This document shows, piece by piece, positions 54,980-64,000 of a DNA stretch of 64,000 nt. Every line of letters begins with the position of its first letter. Position 1 is the first letter of the stretch. The position numbers and the translations under genes were made by a program. The stretch comes from Patescibacteria group bacterium (GTDB taxonomy: Bacteria; Patescibacteriota; Microgenomatia; Levybacterales; UBA12049): contig JBBTVD010000006.1 of assembly GCA_038063415.1 (NCBI GenBank), forward strand, positions 73,948 to 137,947, written 5' to 3'. The notes beneath the pieces were generated by a model, which was not told the DNA's origin, did no database searches, and saw nothing but the letters and a program-made list of their open reading frames with translations.

Positions 54980-57900
54980 TTATTTTTGTGCTACCTCCAT
55001 TTCAGGTTCTACTATTTCTTCTGTTTCGGCTTCTCCAGCAACAGCCTGCGCATTGAGTGATTCGTCAACAACTTCTTCTGCTGCAAGGGCGACTTCAAGA
55101 GCTTTTACTTCTTCTTTAACAGCTTCTGAGGCTTTCTCTTCTGCTACTTCTGTCGCTTCATTATACACCTGTGCGTCAGTTGGCACAACATTGAGTGCGA
55201 GTGACTGTAATTCTTTAATAAGCACCTTGAATGACTCAGGAACCTTTGGTGTTGGGATATCAGTCCCTTTCACAATTGCTTCAAAAGCTTTAGCCCTTCC
55301 AACGACATCGTCAGATTTGATGGTTAACATTTCCTGTAAGATATATCGTGCACGATGTGATTCAAGAGCCCAAACTTCCATTTCTCCAAGACGCTGACCT
55401 CCCATTTGGGCTTTACCACCAAGTGGCTGCTGGGTAACCAGAGAGTATGGACCAGTTGAACGAGCGTGCGTCTTGTCCTCAACCATGTGGATAAGCTTCA
55501 TGATGTAGGAGATACCGACAACAACTGGGTTTTCGTATGCTTCACCACTTCGACCGTCAAAGAGTTGTACTTTTCCATTCATTGGAAGACCTGCTTGCTT
55601 AAGAAGTTCAGTAATTTTTTCTTCTTTTACTTTTTCAAATGCTGGGATACCGACTTTAATACCAAGCTTTTCTGCTGCAAATCCAAGGTGGGCTTCAAGA
55701 ATCTGTCCCAAATTCATACGGGCAAGAATACTCACCGGTGAAATAATAATATCAACAGGAGTTCCGTCAGCCATGTACGGCATGTCAGCAATAGGCATAA
55801 TTCGAGAGATGATACCTTTGTTTCCGTGACGTCCAGCAAGTTTGTCTCCAACAGAGATATGTCGGAACTGTGCTACTTCAACAATAATTTTTCGCATAGC
55901 ACCTGGTTCAAGTTCATCACCTTGCTTGCGGTCAAGAATCTGGACACTAATAACGGTTCCTCGCTCACCATGAGGCATACGAAGACTGGTATCTCGTACT
56001 TCACGAGCTTGTTCACCAAAGATCGCCCGAAGTAGTCTCTCTTCTGCAGTAAGCTCTGTTTCACCTTTTGGAGCGATTTTACCAACAAGAATTGATCCTG
56101 GACGAACTTCACTTCCAAGGACAACAATACCCTCTTCATCAAGGTTTGCAAGATCTTCTTCTGAAACGTTTGGAATATCTCGAGTTGTTTCTTCCATACC
56201 AAGCTTAGTTTCAACAACGGTTGCTTCATACTTTTCAATATGAATTGATGAAAGTACGTTATCTTTTACCAATCGCTCAGAGACCACAATAGCGTCTTCG
56301 TAACCAAGACCATCAAGTGAAGTATACGCAATAAGCAAGTTGCGTCCGAGTGCCAATTCTCCCTTTTGACTTGAAGGACCATCGATAAGTAGATCTCCTT
56401 CTTTGATCACTTGGCCATCTTTCACAACTGCACGCTGTGTGTACGCTGTTGCATTCGAAGTACGTTCAAATGTTTCAAGAGAATAGGTAGCACGCTGTCC
56501 TGCTCCACCTTCAAGCACAACTCGCTTTGCATCAACAAAAGAAATCTTTCCAGCAAATGGTGCCCGTACAACTCTTCCCATAACTTCAGCAACGGTTCCT
56601 TCCATACCTGTTCCAACAACAGGACTTTCAGGATTAACGAGCGGAACAGCCTGACATTGCATGTGCGTTCCCATCAGTGCACGGTTAGCTTCATCGTGTT
56701 CAATAAAAGGAATAAGTGAGGCACTTGTCCCGACAACCTGTCGTGGAACAATATCAATGTAAGAGATCATCTCACGATCAACTTCAATAAATTCACCTCG
56801 GTAACGTGCAGGCACACGTGCATCAAGAATTTCACCGTCTTCTGAGATATTGATACCAAGATGTGTTACATATTGATCTCGCTCATCATCTGCAGAGAGA
56901 TAGACTACTTCATCAGCAATTTTAACAATTTCGCGGCTGCCCTTCTTCTCTCGTACTACCTTTTTGTAAGGAGTTTCTAAGAATCCATAATCATTTACTC
57001 GTGAATAGAGTGCCATATAGGTAACAAGTCCAATGTTTGGTCCCTCGGGACTCCTGATAGGGCAAATTCTTCCGTATTGTGAACTGTTGATATCTCGGAT
57101 CGAGAAAGCTGCGCGTTCTCGTGAGATACCACCAGTACCCATAACCGTCAGACGGTTTAAGTTATCAATTTCAGAAAGTGGGTTTGTCTGATCAAGAATT
57201 GTTGAAAGCTGTGATGTTCGGAAGAATTCATTGATAGCAGCCATAATAGGACGTGCATTAATAAGATTAGCAACGGTGATTGGCACATCAGCCTGCAAAA
57301 GACTCATACGCTCTTTGATACTTCGCTCAACACGAAGCACACCAACACGGAAAGCATTGATAGCAACAAGTTCTCCAACACTTCGGACACGGCGGTTTGA
57401 AAGACTATCAATATCATCAACGTCGCCCTTACCTTGCTCAAGCGTAATAAGGTAAGCAAGTGAAGCAACGATATCGTCAACCGTCAAGACACGGTCTTCG
57501 GTTGGGACAAATCCTGGAACTGATTGAAGTCTCTTGTTTGTTTTGTAACGACCCACTTCACCAAGATCATAGCGTCGTGCATTGAAAAAGAGGTTTGTGA
57601 AGTATTCACGAACTTTGTCGAGAATAACTGGCTCGCCTGGATGCATTTTCTTAAAAATTTCAACAAGTGCTTCAGTTTCACTTGTTGTTTCATCTTTTTG
57701 GAGAGTGTTTTCGATAAGATCTATTTTGCCATCTTTCCCTGCATACTCAGCAAACTTTGCTTTGATTGCCTCATTGTCTGAAATACCAAGTGCTCGAAGG
57801 AAAGTTGTTGCGAGGAATTTTCGACGTCGGTCGATCTTAACAGTAATAGTACCGTAGCGAGTTGTTGCAAATTCAAGCCATGAACCATGTACTGGTCGAA

Positions 57901-58387
57901 TTTCACTTGAATAGAGTGATTTACCAGTGATGGGGTCTTGTGCACCAGTAAAGAAAACACCAGGTGAACGAACGAGCTGGTTAACAACTGCACGCTCAAT
58001 ACCATTCACAATAAAAGTTCCACGCTCAGTCATTTGTGGGATATCACCAAGGAAAACTTCAGCACTTTGGTGCTCATCAGTTTTTTTGTTTGTCAGGGTA
58101 ACAGAAACAGTAAGAGGAGCACTATAGGTAAGGCCTTTAACGAGTGCTACTTCTGGATCAATAGTTGCTTCACCAAGTTTGTGTTTGTGGAAGGCAAGCG
58201 CCCAGTTTTTGCCAGTAAAATCATCAACAGGAGTAATTTCTTTGACGATTTCAGCAATCCCTTCTTCTTGGAATATTTTGTATGATTTCTTTTGAACTGC
58301 GAGAAGATCAAGCTTTGGCAGCATTGTGTATGTTTTCCCCCAGTTTTGTCGTATAGATTGGTCGGTTTGGTCTGAGTGCTTAGGCAT
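54980..58387 (-). CDS. rpoB: DNA-directed RNA polymerase subunit beta
   Basis: 1135 aa with conserved beta-subunit blocks (GEQLVN-like, PSRMNIGQ-like ARMNLGQILE, GGQRLGEMEVWALE). Confidence 0.97.
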   Translation of the reverse strand: MPKHSDQTDQSIRQNWGKTYTMLPKLDLLAVQKKSYKIFQEEGIAEIVKEITPVDDFTGKNWALAFHKHKLGEATIDPEVALVKGLTYSAPLTVSVTLTNKKTDEHQSAEVFLGDIPQMTERGTFIVNGIERAVVNQLVRSPGVFFTGAQDPITGKSLYSSEIRPVHGSWLEFATTRYGTITVKIDRRRKFLATTFLRALGISDNEAIKAKFAEYAGKDGKIDLIENTLQKDETTSETEALVEIFKKMHPGEPVILDKVREYFTNLFFNARRYDLGEVGRYKTNKRLQSVPGFVPTEDRVLTVDDIVASLAYLITLEQGKGDVDDIDSLSNRRVRSVGELVAINAFRVGVLRVERSIKERMSLLQADVPITVANLINARPIMAAINEFFRTSQLSTILDQTNPLSEIDNLNRLTVMGTGGISRERAAFSIRDINSSQYGRICPIRSPEGPNIGLVTYMALYSRVNDYGFLETPYKKVVREKKGSREIVKIADEVVYLSADDERDQYVTHLGINISEDGEILDARVPARYRGEFIEVDREMISYIDIVPRQVVGTSASLIPFIEHDEANRALMGTHMQCQAVPLVNPESPVVGTGMEGTVAEVMGRVVRAPFAGKISFVDAKRVVLEGGAGQRATYSLETFERTSNATAYTQRAVVKDGQVIKEGDLLIDGPSSQKGELALGRNLLIAYTSLDGLGYEDAIVVSERLVKDNVLSSIHIEKYEATVVETKLGMEETTRDIPNVSEEDLANLDEEGIVVLGSEVRPGSILVGKIAPKGETELTAEERLLRAIFGEQAREVRDTSLRMPHGERGTVISVQILDRKQGDELEPGAMRKIIVEVAQFRHISVGDKLAGRHGNKGIISRIMPIADMPYMADGTPVDIIISPVSILARMNLGQILEAHLGFAAEKLGIKVGIPAFEKVKEEKITELLKQAGLPMNGKVQLFDGRSGEAYENPVVVGISYIMKLIHMVEDKTHARSTGPYSLVTQQPLGGKAQMGGQRLGEMEVWALESHRARYILQEMLTIKSDDVVGRAKAFEAIVKGTDIPTPKVPESFKVLIKELQSLALNVVPTDAQVYNEATEVAEEKASEAVKEEVKALEVALAAEEVVDESLNAQAVAGEAETEEIVEPEMEVAQK

Positions 58388-58512
58388 CGTGCGTTATATA
58401 TATTTTGGTAGGCAGTCCCCTAACAGACAATAAAAGACACAGAGGGACTTGCCCCTTGTATCTTTATATGACAGAGAGTGTTTCTATGTATATCATATAT
58501 ATCCTTATTCTG

Positions 58513-59430
58513 TCAAGGGTTTGATACTAATTGCTCTACCTGTATGGCGTCATTTATTCGCTCTTGAGCAAAATTTGTTACATCTCGTACACCCTGTTGA
58601 TTCAAAATAGGGTCTTGTGAGTTACTAACACTCGCACTCGTTCTGTACCTTTTGCTCCGCTCAGGAAATTCTGCACCAATTACCGTACGGATAGTATACC
58701 CATCATCCTCTTTTTGTACACCAATTGAAAAAACGTCAGGCAAACCCATAATAAGATGACCGCCAATTGCAGCCTCAGGATTCGTCGACCACGAGACGGA
58801 TATACTGTCTATTTTCTCAGCAGGGAGTATGCCATCGGGAAGATATCGACTTGCATTCTCGTTCCACCAACGATCATCTACTTTTGCACTAATGGTATAA
58901 ATGACACCATTAACACCTTTCTTTGTCAATAATATCTCATGATTTCCCCCTTCGATTGCAGCCATAAAGCCATTATCACCAACGCGGAGTAGCCATGGTT
59001 TCTTTGGCTCAACCAGAACCTGACCAAGCTCTGACATATTACCCTTTAAAGGGGTTTCTAAGGATGCATGTGCAAAGAGCTCAGTAATTTGTGTCGAGGA
59101 ACTTGTCAGATACTCTTGTAAGATATCGTCAGTAGTAGGCTTTTCATTTGGAGAAATTGCTTCATATGCAGGTGCTGGTATCTTTGGTTCTTGCTGTATA
59201 TGCATTCCTGCAGCAATGCCTGTAACGACTGCTGCTCCAACTGCAACTGTATTTCTAGTTCGCCTAAATCTAGGTTGTGTCAATCTTGGATGACGCCCAA
59301 ATATATTTTTCTTTTTAGATCTCGGTATCGGTAGTGGAACTGTGTCAGCTTGGCTAACGTCAGTTGGACGACGAATCTCCATCGTATCAGCTCGGCGACG
59401 ATGAAGATCCAGTGTATTTTCGTTAGACAT
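58513..59430 (-). CDS. Hypothetical membrane-anchored protein
   Basis: The ORF-track start at 59505 is a TTG. The ATG at 59430 (MSNENTL...) is preferred and abuts the upstream ORF. One TM helix (TVAVGAAVVTGIAAGM) is followed by a ~250-aa soluble domain. Confidence 0.4.
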   Translation of the reverse strand: MSNENTLDLHRRRADTMEIRRPTDVSQADTVPLPIPRSKKKNIFGRHPRLTQPRFRRTRNTVAVGAAVVTGIAAGMHIQQEPKIPAPAYEAISPNEKPTTDDILQEYLTSSSTQITELFAHASLETPLKGNMSELGQVLVEPKKPWLLRVGDNGFMAAIEGGNHEILLTKKGVNGVIYTISAKVDDRWWNENASRYLPDGILPAEKIDSISVSWSTNPEAAIGGHLIMGLPDVFSIGVQKEDDGYTIRTVIGAEFPERSKRYRTSASVSNSQDPILNQQGVRDVTNFAQERINDAIQVEQLVSNP

Positions 59431-59434
59431 ATTT

Positions 59435-59893
59435 TTATAAACCCATACTTTTCCGAATTTTTTGCCACAATGTTTCTTCTTGTTGAGGTGCTGGAAGAGC
59501 AGCAAGTATTTGCTGGGCTTGCTCAGGAGAGAGTTGCACTACTTGCCCGTTATTCCCTGACTGTTGTGAGACAACCTGCTGCACCATACCATTCTTAAAG
59601 AGATCTCCAATTGGCATTTGCATCAGTTGATTATTGCTTGTAGCCGAAAGCATCTGTTGTAATTGTGCAGGAGTAATTCGCATTGCTTGCATTACCATGC
59701 CCTGAGCATGGGTATTATTCTTAAGAAGCTCTCCAAGTGTTTGTTGCAGGATACCTGAAGACTGAGATTGACTGCTTTGTATCTGTTGGGTGGCTACCTG
59801 TGGGAGACTATCAGTATTCACAAACTTAGTATAACGTTTTTTTGAACCACTGTACAGAAAGCCTGTTAAACTCTTCCCTCCATGCTGGATCAT
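59435..59893 (-). CDS. Gln-rich hypothetical protein (start uncertain)
   Basis: The ORF-track start at 59971 is a GTG. The ATG at 59893 was chosen, although it still overlaps the hydrolase 3' end by 68 nt. The protein is Q/S-rich and low-complexity with an N-terminal hydrophobic segment. Confidence 0.25.
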   Translation of the reverse strand: MIQHGGKSLTGFLYSGSKKRYTKFVNTDSLPQVATQQIQSSQSQSSGILQQTLGELLKNNTHAQGMVMQAMRITPAQLQQMLSATSNNQLMQMPIGDLFKNGMVQQVVSQQSGNNGQVVQLSPEQAQQILAALPAPQQEETLWQKIRKSMGL

Positions 59894-60539
59894 CGAGACT
59901 ATGAGACGATTCTTTAATGACTGATGCTTCTTTCTGTTTTGCAGCAACAGCCTGAGACAGATATGCTTCACACATTCTTTCCGGAATAACTGTATCTTTT
60001 TCAGAAATCACAACGAGGAGCCTTCCAGTGAACGTACTCATTGCTTGGATAGCAGTTGTTTCTTCCATTTTTTTCATGGTCTGAAAAAAAATTTCTTCTT
60101 TCTCCATGATCTGCGTGTAGGAAACCATATCATTTGGATATGCAGCTGGAGCTCGGAGGACAAGTGATGCTACTTTCCGCTTTCTTGCAATGAGTGACGC
60201 AATCGTCCCTCCAAAACTTGAGCCGCAGAGACCAATACGTTCAGTATCAATCCCCTTCTGGTTTGCCAAGAAATCATAGGCGGTAAGACCATCACGAACT
60301 CCATCTGCTATGGTGAGCTTTGCAAAATCGCCTTCACTTGCTCCATGCCCTCGAAGATCAATTGACAATCCTGCAATTCCTTGTTCAGTAAGCTTCTGGG
60401 CAAGTGGAAGATAATTCTTTTGACTGCTTGTCATGCCATGAAAGAAAATAACACCTGGGAATTTTTGCCGTGAAGGGCTGGGTTCAAAATAGGTTCCAGA
60501 AATCTTTTGCCCATCGACGAGGAACTGAATCTTTTCCAT
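59826..60539 (-). CDS. Alpha/beta hydrolase (dienelactone hydrolase/esterase-like)
   Basis: Nucleophile elbow GSSFGG (GxSxG), with HG and D/H in the expected order. 237 aa. Confidence 0.7.
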   Translation of the reverse strand: MEKIQFLVDGQKISGTYFEPSPSRQKFPGVIFFHGMTSSQKNYLPLAQKLTEQGIAGLSIDLRGHGASEGDFAKLTIADGVRDGLTAYDFLANQKGIDTERIGLCGSSFGGTIASLIARKRKVASLVLRAPAAYPNDMVSYTQIMEKEEIFFQTMKKMEETTAIQAMSTFTGRLLVVISEKDTVIPERMCEAYLSQAVAAKQKEASVIKESSHSLDDPAWREEFNRLSVQWFKKTLY

Positions 60540-60540
60540 A

Positions 60541-61443
60541 CTATTTCTTTCGCTTCTCTATCCAGTCCTGCCAGGCGACCAGAAGCTGTGCCGCGTTGAA
60601 GATTGAAGAATATGTCCCACTCAGCATACCGATAAAGAGCGCAAATACAAACCAGCGGATTGTTTCTCCTCCAAAGAGTAATAAGGTAAAGAGTACCAAC
60701 AGTGTTGTCCACGACGTATTGAGTGAACGAACAAGAGTCTGTAAAAGTGAGTCATTCACCACTTGGCCAAAAGGCACACCTGCAGTTCTCTTCAGATTCT
60801 CACGAATACGATCAAAGACAACAATAGTATCGTGAACAGAGAATCCAATAACCGTTAAGATCGCCGTTACAAATAAGCTATCAACTTCGACTCCAAAGAA
60901 ATGACCAAGTATGGAGAATACCCCAATGACAAAAAGGGCGTCATGAATCAGTGCAGCAATTGCACAAACACCAAAGCGCCAACTACTGGCTGGTTTCCTT
61001 ACGCCACGGAATGACCAGGCAATATAGAAGATAATGACAAGTGAAGCCACACCGATAGCTTTAAACGCATTCAGGGTAATCTCTTGACCAATTACCGGAC
61101 CAATGGTTTCAAATTCATCTTGGGTAAACTCTCCGGCTGTTTTTTTGAGCTCTACAAGAACGGCTGCATTTTGCTTATCATCTAATGGCTTTGTCCTGAC
61201 AACTACTCGATCACCGGAGGGCTGAATCGTTACCACATCAATTCCTTTTGCTTCAAAAGCTTTCTCAACGGTCTCGATCTTCTGTTCATTGACTGGCTGT
61301 GGAAAGACAAGTGTCGTTCGTGAGCCTCCGGTAAAGTCAATCGAAAGATTAAGCCCCCAGAGGAACAATGAAACAACTCCTGGAACAATCATCAGGAATG
61401 AAAAAAGAAAATACCATTTTCGTTTACCAATAATATCAAACAT
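60541..61443 (-). CDS. secF: Protein-export membrane protein SecF
   Basis: 300 aa with six TM helices and SecF motifs (GIDFTGG, HDALFVIGVF). Confidence 0.9.
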   Translation of the reverse strand: MFDIIGKRKWYFLFSFLMIVPGVVSLFLWGLNLSIDFTGGSRTTLVFPQPVNEQKIETVEKAFEAKGIDVVTIQPSGDRVVVRTKPLDDKQNAAVLVELKKTAGEFTQDEFETIGPVIGQEITLNAFKAIGVASLVIIFYIAWSFRGVRKPASSWRFGVCAIAALIHDALFVIGVFSILGHFFGVEVDSLFVTAILTVIGFSVHDTIVVFDRIRENLKRTAGVPFGQVVNDSLLQTLVRSLNTSWTTLLVLFTLLLFGGETIRWFVFALFIGMLSGTYSSIFNAAQLLVAWQDWIEKRKK

Positions 61444-61449
61444 AATTTT

Positions 61450-62808
61450 TTACTCCTTATAAAACGTACGCAAGAACGTACGAGTGACCACAATTGCTGA
61501 AAACAATGAAACAAAGACTCCAAGAGCAAGGGTAACCGCGAAACCTTTAATCACGCCCGTACCAAAATAAAACAAAATAGCACTAATGAGAAGACTGGCG
61601 ACATTTGAGTCACGGATAGATAACCATGCTCGAGAAAACCCAAGCCTAATTGCAGCTTCTCGTGAACGGCCTCTCCGTAATTCTTCTTTGACACGTTCAA
61701 AGATGAGGATATTGGCGTCAACAGCAATACCAATCGATAAAATAAAGCCAGCTATCCCAGCAAGTGTCAGCGTTACAGGAATTAACCTGAACAATGCAAG
61801 CATGAGTAAGGTATACACAATCAGTGCCATACTTGCAATAACACCAAGTCTTCCATACAGTCCTATCATAAAGACCACAATGACGACAAAGCCCAATGAT
61901 CCAGCAATTAGACTCTTTTGAATAGAATCATTACCCAAGCTTGCTCCAATAGCATGTTGTTCAAGAACCGTTAAGGATATGGGGAGAGCACCAGCATTGA
62001 GTTGAATCTGCACAGTCTTTGCCTGATCGGTCGTAAACTCACCACTGATTACGGCCTGTCCTCCATAGATCGCTTCATTGACTCGGGGCGCCTCGATAAT
62101 TTGATCATCAAGTGCAATTGCCAGAATCTTTCCCACATTGTCTTTGGTTATCTGACCAAATTTCTTGGCTCCTGCGCTGGTAAAGTTAAGACCAACCTGT
62201 GGTTTTCCTGTACTTGGATCAAAAGTAACGGTTGCCTCCTTCAGGTCTGCCCCGGTAAGATCAGTTTTCTTGGCAGTTGGCCCCATGAATTGCGCTATCC
62301 CAATTGGTACCCCTGATGTTGAAGCAATCTGAGCCGCTTCACTTGCTTCAAATGTCCCCTCTCCTTCTTGCCAAAAGGTCAGCTTGGCAGTCTTTCCTAC
62401 AAGCGCTACAGCCTGATTAACATCCGTAACACCTGGGATCTCAACGATAATACGATAATCATCGTTTACTTTTGCTGTCTGTACCACAGGCTCTGAGACA
62501 CCAAAGAAATTGATTCTGCGTTCAATGACTTCTTTTGCTGAATCAAGTGCCGCCTGTTTTCGAGCATCAGGGATATCATCCATTTCCGCACGGAGCGTAA
62601 CACTTGTGCCTCCCGCAAGATCAAGACCTTCATGCAAGGAAAAATCAGGCTTCAAACTAAGGAATCCTAGATAGGTGCTTGGAGCAAGACCAGGAATGGA
62701 AATCGTCGTTCCAAAAGCTTTTATCTGGTACGGTTGAGAAAAATTGATCAGCAAAGAAATAGCTGTCAAAAAAAGGATTAAGATGAAGAACCAGCGATTT
62801 TGTTTCAT
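61450..62808 (-). CDS. secD: Protein-export membrane protein SecD
   Basis: 452 aa with an N-terminal TM helix, a periplasmic domain and a C-terminal six-TM bundle (LAGIAGFILSIGIAVDANILIFERV). Confidence 0.9.
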   Translation of the reverse strand: MKQNRWFFILILFLTAISLLINFSQPYQIKAFGTTISIPGLAPSTYLGFLSLKPDFSLHEGLDLAGGTSVTLRAEMDDIPDARKQAALDSAKEVIERRINFFGVSEPVVQTAKVNDDYRIIVEIPGVTDVNQAVALVGKTAKLTFWQEGEGTFEASEAAQIASTSGVPIGIAQFMGPTAKKTDLTGADLKEATVTFDPSTGKPQVGLNFTSAGAKKFGQITKDNVGKILAIALDDQIIEAPRVNEAIYGGQAVISGEFTTDQAKTVQIQLNAGALPISLTVLEQHAIGASLGNDSIQKSLIAGSLGFVVIVVFMIGLYGRLGVIASMALIVYTLLMLALFRLIPVTLTLAGIAGFILSIGIAVDANILIFERVKEELRRGRSREAAIRLGFSRAWLSIRDSNVASLLISAILFYFGTGVIKGFAVTLALGVFVSLFSAIVVTRTFLRTFYKE

Positions 62809-63380
62809 GCAAGCATGGCCTCCTCATCACCAATTAACAGCAATCGTGAACCGAGCAAGATCGATGTTAAAAAAGGATCATTACGTTGTTTTCTAAATTT
62901 AAATTCTTCCTCAGTCATCGCTGTATAATTTACCTCTGTCCCAATCCGCATTTCTTCATCCCGAACCAGAAGTGCTAGCTCTGGAAGCACAACCGTCCCA
63001 ACAACCATCAGATCCACTTCATCTGGTGACTGTTTTTCTTTTTTAACAAATTTGCCGGAGAACATAGCATATTTGATCTTGCCAAGTTTGGTTCGATTCG
63101 CAAGCATTTTCTGACCAAGCCCAATGGTCTTTGATCCAACTCTCAGTAGGTCAGTATAAAAGGGATAATCTTTAGCGAGAAAATAATACACTCTATTTGC
63201 ACGGTTTTCTTTATTGAGGACTCCTTGCTTCTCCAGATGAATCAATTCCCGACGGACAGCATTTATTTCTTCATCGACCCTGCGGACGCATTCACGAACA
63301 TGATACATCTCTGAGGGCTTCGTGAGAAAGAGGTTAAGTATTTTTACTCGGGTTTTGGAAGTGATGAGATCTGACAACAT
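62805..63380 (-). CDS. Winged-helix transcriptional regulator-like protein with an uncharacterised C-terminal domain
   Basis: 191 aa. The N-terminal ~90 aa resemble ArsR/MarR-like wHTH proteins (RVKILNLFL...VRREL.HLEKQGVL). Its start overlaps the secD stop. Confidence 0.4.
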   Translation of the reverse strand: MLSDLITSKTRVKILNLFLTKPSEMYHVRECVRRVDEEINAVRRELIHLEKQGVLNKENRANRVYYFLAKDYPFYTDLLRVGSKTIGLGQKMLANRTKLGKIKYAMFSGKFVKKEKQSPDEVDLMVVGTVVLPELALLVRDEEMRIGTEVNYTAMTEEEFKFRKQRNDPFLTSILLGSRLLLIGDEEAMLA

Positions 63381-63517
63381 AGGATAATCTATCAGATTAT
63401 AGCATCTATTTGCTCATTTTTGGAAAGAAAAATAATCACTTCTTTTTCGGCTTTTCTTTCGTTATAGTATCATTCGTAATAAGAACCAATGATTCTTTTA
63501 CAGATGTATCCATATAG

Positions 63518-64000
63518 TCAATTTACTTCTACCAATGACCCCACAGGTTGTATTTCAAACCAGATTTTACCTTTGTTAAAAGCAATTTCTTCACCTTGAG
63601 CATCCATGATGACAAGTGGATCAACTCGTCGGGCTTTCTTCCAGGTTCCTTCAATCTCTTTCCCATCCATAAAGATAGTTACATTCCCAGTACCTGTGGT
63701 TCCATAGATCATATGAGCGTTCCCTTCATAGCCATCGTTTGCACGGCTTTCTTCCATAGAGAGTATGACAAGATTCTTGGTAGCAATCTGTTTTTTGGTA
63801 TTCCGATCGTTGTGTTTGATGCCACCATTCTCACGGAGATACGTATTTGTCTTGGGATCATAGGTCCATTCCACAGCATAATCAGGATTATTCCAGAAGT
63901 CAATGTGTATTGAATCTGTTTGAGGAGCAGCCGCAGGAGCATCATCTTTAAAGGTATATTCGGTAAAACTCGAATCCCATGACTTGCCATTTTTATCAAC
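63518..64000 (-). CDS. Hypothetical protein, 5' end outside the window
   Basis: The ORF-track start at 63874 is a GTG. The same frame stays open upstream to the window edge (...YTFKDDAPAAAPQTDSIHIDFWNNPDYAVEWTYDPK...). No recognised domain. Confidence 0.35.
   Translation of the reverse strand, partial: VDKNGKSWDSSFTEYTFKDDAPAAAPQTDSIHIDFWNNPDYAVEWTYDPKTNTYLRENGGIKHNDRNTKKQIATKNLVILSMEESRANDGYEGNAHMIYGTTGTGNVTIFMDGKEIEGTWKKARRVDPLVIMDAQGEEIAFNKGKIWFEIQPVGSLVEVN

Noticed and set aside
51299-58285. Numerous 60-120-aa ORFs on the strand opposite rpoB/rpoC (e.g. 52742-53041, 55053-55397, 57524-57781), and similar ones inside secA, groEL and copA
   Set aside because: They are antisense to long, highly conserved genes and have low-complexity, Ser/Arg-rich translations. 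Their repeat-derived peptides ([15 protein letters not shown]) simply mirror the hairpin elements.
63709-63999. 96-aa minus-strand ORF at the window edge
   Set aside because: A different frame on the same strand is open to the window end and continues the downstream protein (…DFWNNPDYAVEWTYDPK…), and this ORF is out of frame with it.

Overview
The window is 64 kb of low-GC (~38-40%) bacterial DNA read with the standard genetic code (UGA is a stop; rpoB and rpoC read through at full length). The compact gene layout and the gene content suggest an uncultivated, small-genome bacterium, possibly of the CPR/Patescibacteria type; this is inference only.

In order, the window contains:
- a partial PurE-PurC fusion, a DMT-like permease and a MazE/MazF toxin-antitoxin pair with a recognisable promoter;
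- an unusual fusion of an M24-peptidase-like domain with a PurM-like domain;
- two tandem genes, each encoding a double GH130-like beta-propeller protein;
- an ABC-2 exporter (ATPase plus two permeases) next to a two-HKD phospholipase-D-like protein and an orphan CheY-like receiver;
- an ~11 kb surface glycosylation cluster (2 GT-C, 2 GT2, 2 GT4, a Wzx-like flippase and hypothetical proteins);
- a minus-strand copper homeostasis operon: csoR, DUF305, a cupredoxin-like protein, an HXXEE membrane protein, copA, a DsbD_2-cupredoxin fusion and copZ, with a candidate CsoR operator palindrome at its promoter;
- housekeeping genes: a HAD phosphatase, secA, serS, rpsT, murJ, an MFS transporter, groEL-groES, lepA, a cyclophilin, a methyltransferase, rpsG-rpsL, rpoC-rpoB, an alpha/beta hydrolase, secF-secD and a wHTH regulator;
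- a 635-aa hypothetical protein with a C-terminal RelE/ParE-like domain, and a PKD-domain surface protein.

The most notable observations are:
- a family of short hairpin repeats with GTCAT...ATGAC termini, present at seven loci, four of which lie in frame inside copA without breaking its reading frame;
- a ~0.95 kb AbiEii-type toxin cassette inserted at the 3' end of rpsG, bounded by 43-bp direct repeats that both encode the rpsG C-terminus.

No rRNA, tRNA or CRISPR array was recognised by eye. Several M-starts in the ORF track are GTG or TTG codons (positions 10, 6894, 24436, 29940, 50124, 59505, 59971, 63874), and I adjusted those starts where a better ATG was visible.
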